Source of the DNA: Anthoceros angustus
Taxonomy: Eukaryota > Plantae > Anthocerotophyta
Assembly: GCA_010909165.1 (NCBI GenBank)
Contig: VJWM01000119.1
Coordinates: 248,001-312,000 of the forward strand
Direction of reading: 5' to 3'
DNA length: 64,000 nucleotides
Each line of letters opens with the position of its first letter. Position 1 is the first letter of the stretch. The translations under genes were made by a program, and so were the position numbers. Below, piece by piece: positions 60,848-64,000 of the stretch. Below the pieces are notes generated by a model that saw nothing but the letters and a program-made list of their open reading frames with translations, was not told where the DNA came from and did not search any database.

Positions 60848-62041
60848 ATGTCTGCCGAGGGCGGCGGAGGTAAGAAGGTGAGGAGCAGAGTGGAAGATGA
60901 ACGCATCTCGAAGTCTGTCGATTCTCTGCTGAGATGGCTGGACTCGCAGAAATCGGGAAGGAAGGCGCAACTTGTTGAAGATGACGAGCTCCTGTATGTT
61001 GTGGTATCGATGAAGAAGGTACCGCAGTTGGCGCGCACGAATCCTTACAGGATTCCATTGCCTCACCCTCTCTTTCCTCTGGATGGCTCGCAAGAGGTCT
61101 GCCTGTTTGTGAGCGACCGGGAGTCGGGTATGAAGCAGAAGGAAGCCAAAGAAAGGGTTGCGCAGGAGGGAATAGCTGTTCAGAAGGTGGTGGCGCTGTC
61201 CAAGCTGAAGAAGAACTACTTCGCGTACGAGGCCAAGAGGAAGCTGTGTGGCTCGTATGACTTGTTCTTGGCGGACGATAGGATTCTTTCCGAGCTTCCT
61301 AAGTGCCTCGGGAGGGCGTTTTTCAAGAAGAAGAAGCATCCTATCCCGGTTAGGTTGTCTAGGGGGAACTGGAAAGGGCAGATCACGGCCGCGTGCAGCT
61401 CCACTTTTCTCTATCTGGCGCGGGGGACATGCAGTGTGATCAAGGCTGCCAGGGTCTCGCAACCTAGGGATGAGATTAGGGACAACATCCGAGCCATTGT
61501 GGAAGGGGTGGCTCACGTTATCCCTAAGAAGTGGTCCAACATCCAGTCCATTTATTTGAAGACGGTGGAATCCTTGTCGCTTCCATTGTATCAGGCACTT
61601 CCGGACCTCCCATTGAAGATCGAGGTCGGCAGGAAGTCGGAGTCCCAGGATTTGGAGATCTCGACGGAGGGCATATTAGAGGAGGGCAAGTCGAAGGAGA
61701 GCAAGGGAAAGGAGGGGCTCTCGAAGGAGAGCAAGTCAACGGAGGGGCTCTCAGAGGAGAGCAAGGCGAAGGAGGGGCTCTCGAAGGAGAGCAAGGCAAA
61801 GGAGGGGCTCTCAAAGGAGAGCAAGGCAAAGGAGGGGCTGTCGAAGGAGAGCAAGGCAAAGGAGGGGCTCTCGAAGTTCAGCAGGTCAAAGGAGGGGATC
61901 TCGAAGGAGAGCAAGGCAAAGGAGAACAAAACGGAGGGTTGGGGAAATCTGACGAAGAGCAAGTTGGCTGTGGAAGTTGAGTCGTCGAAGAAGAGGAAAC
62001 CAGTAGATACTCAGAGGAAGTCGAAGAAGAGTCGAGCGTGA
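60848..62041 (+). CDS. Ribosomal L1 domain-containing nucleolar protein (RSL1D1/Cic1/Utp30-like), intronless
   Basis: PYRIPLPHPL, EVCLFV, KLKKNYFAYEAKRKLCGSYDLFLADDRI, LGRAFFKKKKHPIPV, WSNIQSIYLKT..SLPLY and a lysine-rich tail. Confidence 0.9.
   Translation: MSAEGGGGKKVRSRVEDERISKSVDSLLRWLDSQKSGRKAQLVEDDELLYVVVSMKKVPQLARTNPYRIPLPHPLFPLDGSQEVCLFVSDRESGMKQKEAKERVAQEGIAVQKVVALSKLKKNYFAYEAKRKLCGSYDLFLADDRILSELPKCLGRAFFKKKKHPIPVRLSRGNWKGQITAACSSTFLYLARGTCSVIKAARVSQPRDEIRDNIRAIVEGVAHVIPKKWSNIQSIYLKTVESLSLPLYQALPDLPLKIEVGRKSESQDLEISTEGILEEGKSKESKGKEGLSKESKSTEGLSEESKAKEGLSKESKAKEGLSKESKAKEGLSKESKAKEGLSKFSRSKEGISKESKAKENKTEGWGNLTKSKLAVEVESSKKRKPVDTQRKSKKSRA
61691..61923 (+). repeat. Coding 30-bp minisatellite (SKESKAKEGL x~8)
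   Basis: The unit tcgaaggagagcaaggcaaaggaggggctc is repeated in frame. Confidence 0.9.
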
Positions 62042-62796
62042 CTCGAAAGGTGCACGACCGGGGAGACTCAATCAGTGATATCGCTTGCACCCTTTTTTTG
62101 TCAGTGGTTTTTGTTTGGTGGAGGATTGCGAAATGGTGCTTCAACGTGGCTTCTTTTGAGGTGAGAGGCGTAAAGGTCCTCTTTGGGACTACCGATTACT
62201 GAGGAGATTAGGATGCAGGTCAGGAGAGAACATGCCACAGACAAAACCATTTAGGCGTATGCACGTCCGGGCCAGTCTCCTTGCTGCATCACGTGAATTC
62301 AATCACAAATGTTGAGACAGTGCTCATGCATCCCCGGAGTCCAAGTTTCAGAAATCCCTTCAGTAGGGTAGCATTCTAATTGTTGGCCTGAAACAAGGGA
62401 CAAGGCCAGCAATGAGAATTATGTACCGTAAAATTTTTACAGCTGAACCATGAAAATCAATATCCGAGAAGCGAACGTTGCCTCCTTGCGGCGGGCATCT
62501 CTCTCCCTCATGAGAATTTCTGCGTTGTATGGATCTTAGACTTGTTGGAACGTGCCGGTTGTTGATCTAGGAGCCTGCACGGGTTCCTGCGGGAACAGGC
62601 GCACAAACAGATCCTGTATCCCTGCCGGAGCTTGCGCTACGTTTCAAAGCTGGTTTTCGATAATTGATCCAATTACGAGTAATTCTTCAAATTGCGCGAG
62701 CCCTTTTCTTACTCCTGCGTACTGGGATCATCAGTATCCCGACATCAAAAACACCATAAAGGGAGTATCGTGGTTAATGAGAAGTTTTAGATGTGC

Positions 62797-63817
62797 GGGC
62801 AAGAACGGAGGAAACACATTAAGTTGTCGTCTTATAAATGGAAGGAATAAGGGCGGATTCGCATGTGGGCACCTCCGCTTCCGGAATGACATTTTGGCGG
62901 AAAAGGGCCCGCCATGAGACCATCTTTAGCATACGGAAGGCCTGCCCTATGTTTACGGTAGGGGGGCTTTTTTTAGGTGGTTTTAATCGGTTTCGGCTCC
63001 GGAAAGAAGCTACGACGGGCTGCATCCGGTGCAGCCCGGGTATAGCCGGTGTTCATTTTGGGTCTTCAATACCGAAATCTGCAAATTCACATCTCGCGAG
63101 GAGCTTCTGTCTCGCGAGTCTCACGATTTTGAGAGGAGCTCATGACTTGCACCAATTCTTCTTGATAACCTAGGAGTGGAAGATGGAGCGACCATCCACA
63201 ACATTACCGGACTGGTCATCAAAGGCATTGTCTATGGTCTGCCCGCCAGTGTCAGGAGAAGTGAGACTCTCTGTGGTGAAGGGAAAAAAGCCCATCCACT
63301 CTCGGCTTAATGTAATACTCGCCGTACTGCACCCCATGAAGCATTCGGTGAGAGATTCCTGATACACGCTGCAAGTGAGCTAGAAGCATTGTGATATTAT
63401 ATTATAAAGAGTGCAACACGGTCTCTAATTCTTCGAATTGGGCATCTACATCAAGTGGAGAAGAACCATTTGTCGACCGTCACCTGCAATTACAACGATG
63501 AGGCCTTAAAGCAATGGCATTAAAGGAATCAATTATTGCAAGGAGACCTCCAAGCAATGGTAGCAGACTCTCCATTTCGAAGCAATGGAGCACCGGCCGA
63601 GAATGCCATGCTTATGTCTTCAATCCCATGTGTGAAGACACCGGAGACCTGCTGCGAAAAGTTCCGGGTTCGGTTTGCTACTTTACATGCGGACGCCCCG
63701 CCACGTTAAAAAACTTATGGAACAGAGCCGAAAGTGGGTTCATGCGAATCCGCCCTAAGGGGGGCAAGAACGGAGGAAACACATTAAGTTATCCGTCTTA
63801 TAAATGGAAGGAATAAA
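62797..63817. repeat. ~55-bp direct repeat ~965 bp apart (62797-62851, 63762-63817) in unassigned sequence
   Basis: gggcaagaacggaggaaacacattaagtt..cgtcttataaatggaaggaataa at both sites. Confidence 0.75.
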
Positions 63818-64000
63818 GGATCACATCCTAAGAGAGAGGAACGGCTACAATACAAAAAGCTTACAGTCATATTGTCTTATGGACCTCTACCAACCATCCA
63901 CGAAAACCCGAGACATGATTACCTTAATATGATCATATATTATTATATTCAATAATATACTCAAAATAAAAAGTCGCATAGTAGAATAGGATGCTGAAAG

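Overview
Gene-dense nuclear DNA from a non-seed land plant, with short (~80-250 bp) GT-AG introns. It is most likely a hornwort (Anthoceros-like), inferred from a PLS-PPR carrying the 'PGxSWWTD' (WW-type) box and a bacterial/fungal-type GT2 glucan synthase. Genes in order: fibrillarin (with a candidate intronic C/D snoRNA), an AT-hook/MNM1-like gene, PFP-beta, and a rearranged carboxylesterase (CXE)/polyphenol oxidase (PPO) locus. That locus holds 1 intact CXE, 3 CXE relics and 2 signal-peptide-bearing PPOs in nested inverted duplications. Next come a frameshifted BSD2 (missed by the ORF track) head-to-head with ascorbate peroxidase, gypsy/copia relics, PAL, an acidic repeat protein, a CYP71-clan P450, a GT23-like glycosyltransferase, a truncated copia nested in a foldback element, an arabinoglucan-synthase-like GT2, an aspartic protease, a WW-type PPR editing factor and an RSL1D1-like gene. 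Two near-identical tandem duplications and clustered indels suggest long-read assembly noise. The main hypothesis is a candidate phenolic metabolism neighbourhood (PAL + P450 + secreted open-gate PPOs paired with CXE). All calls come from manual reading; no database searches were run.
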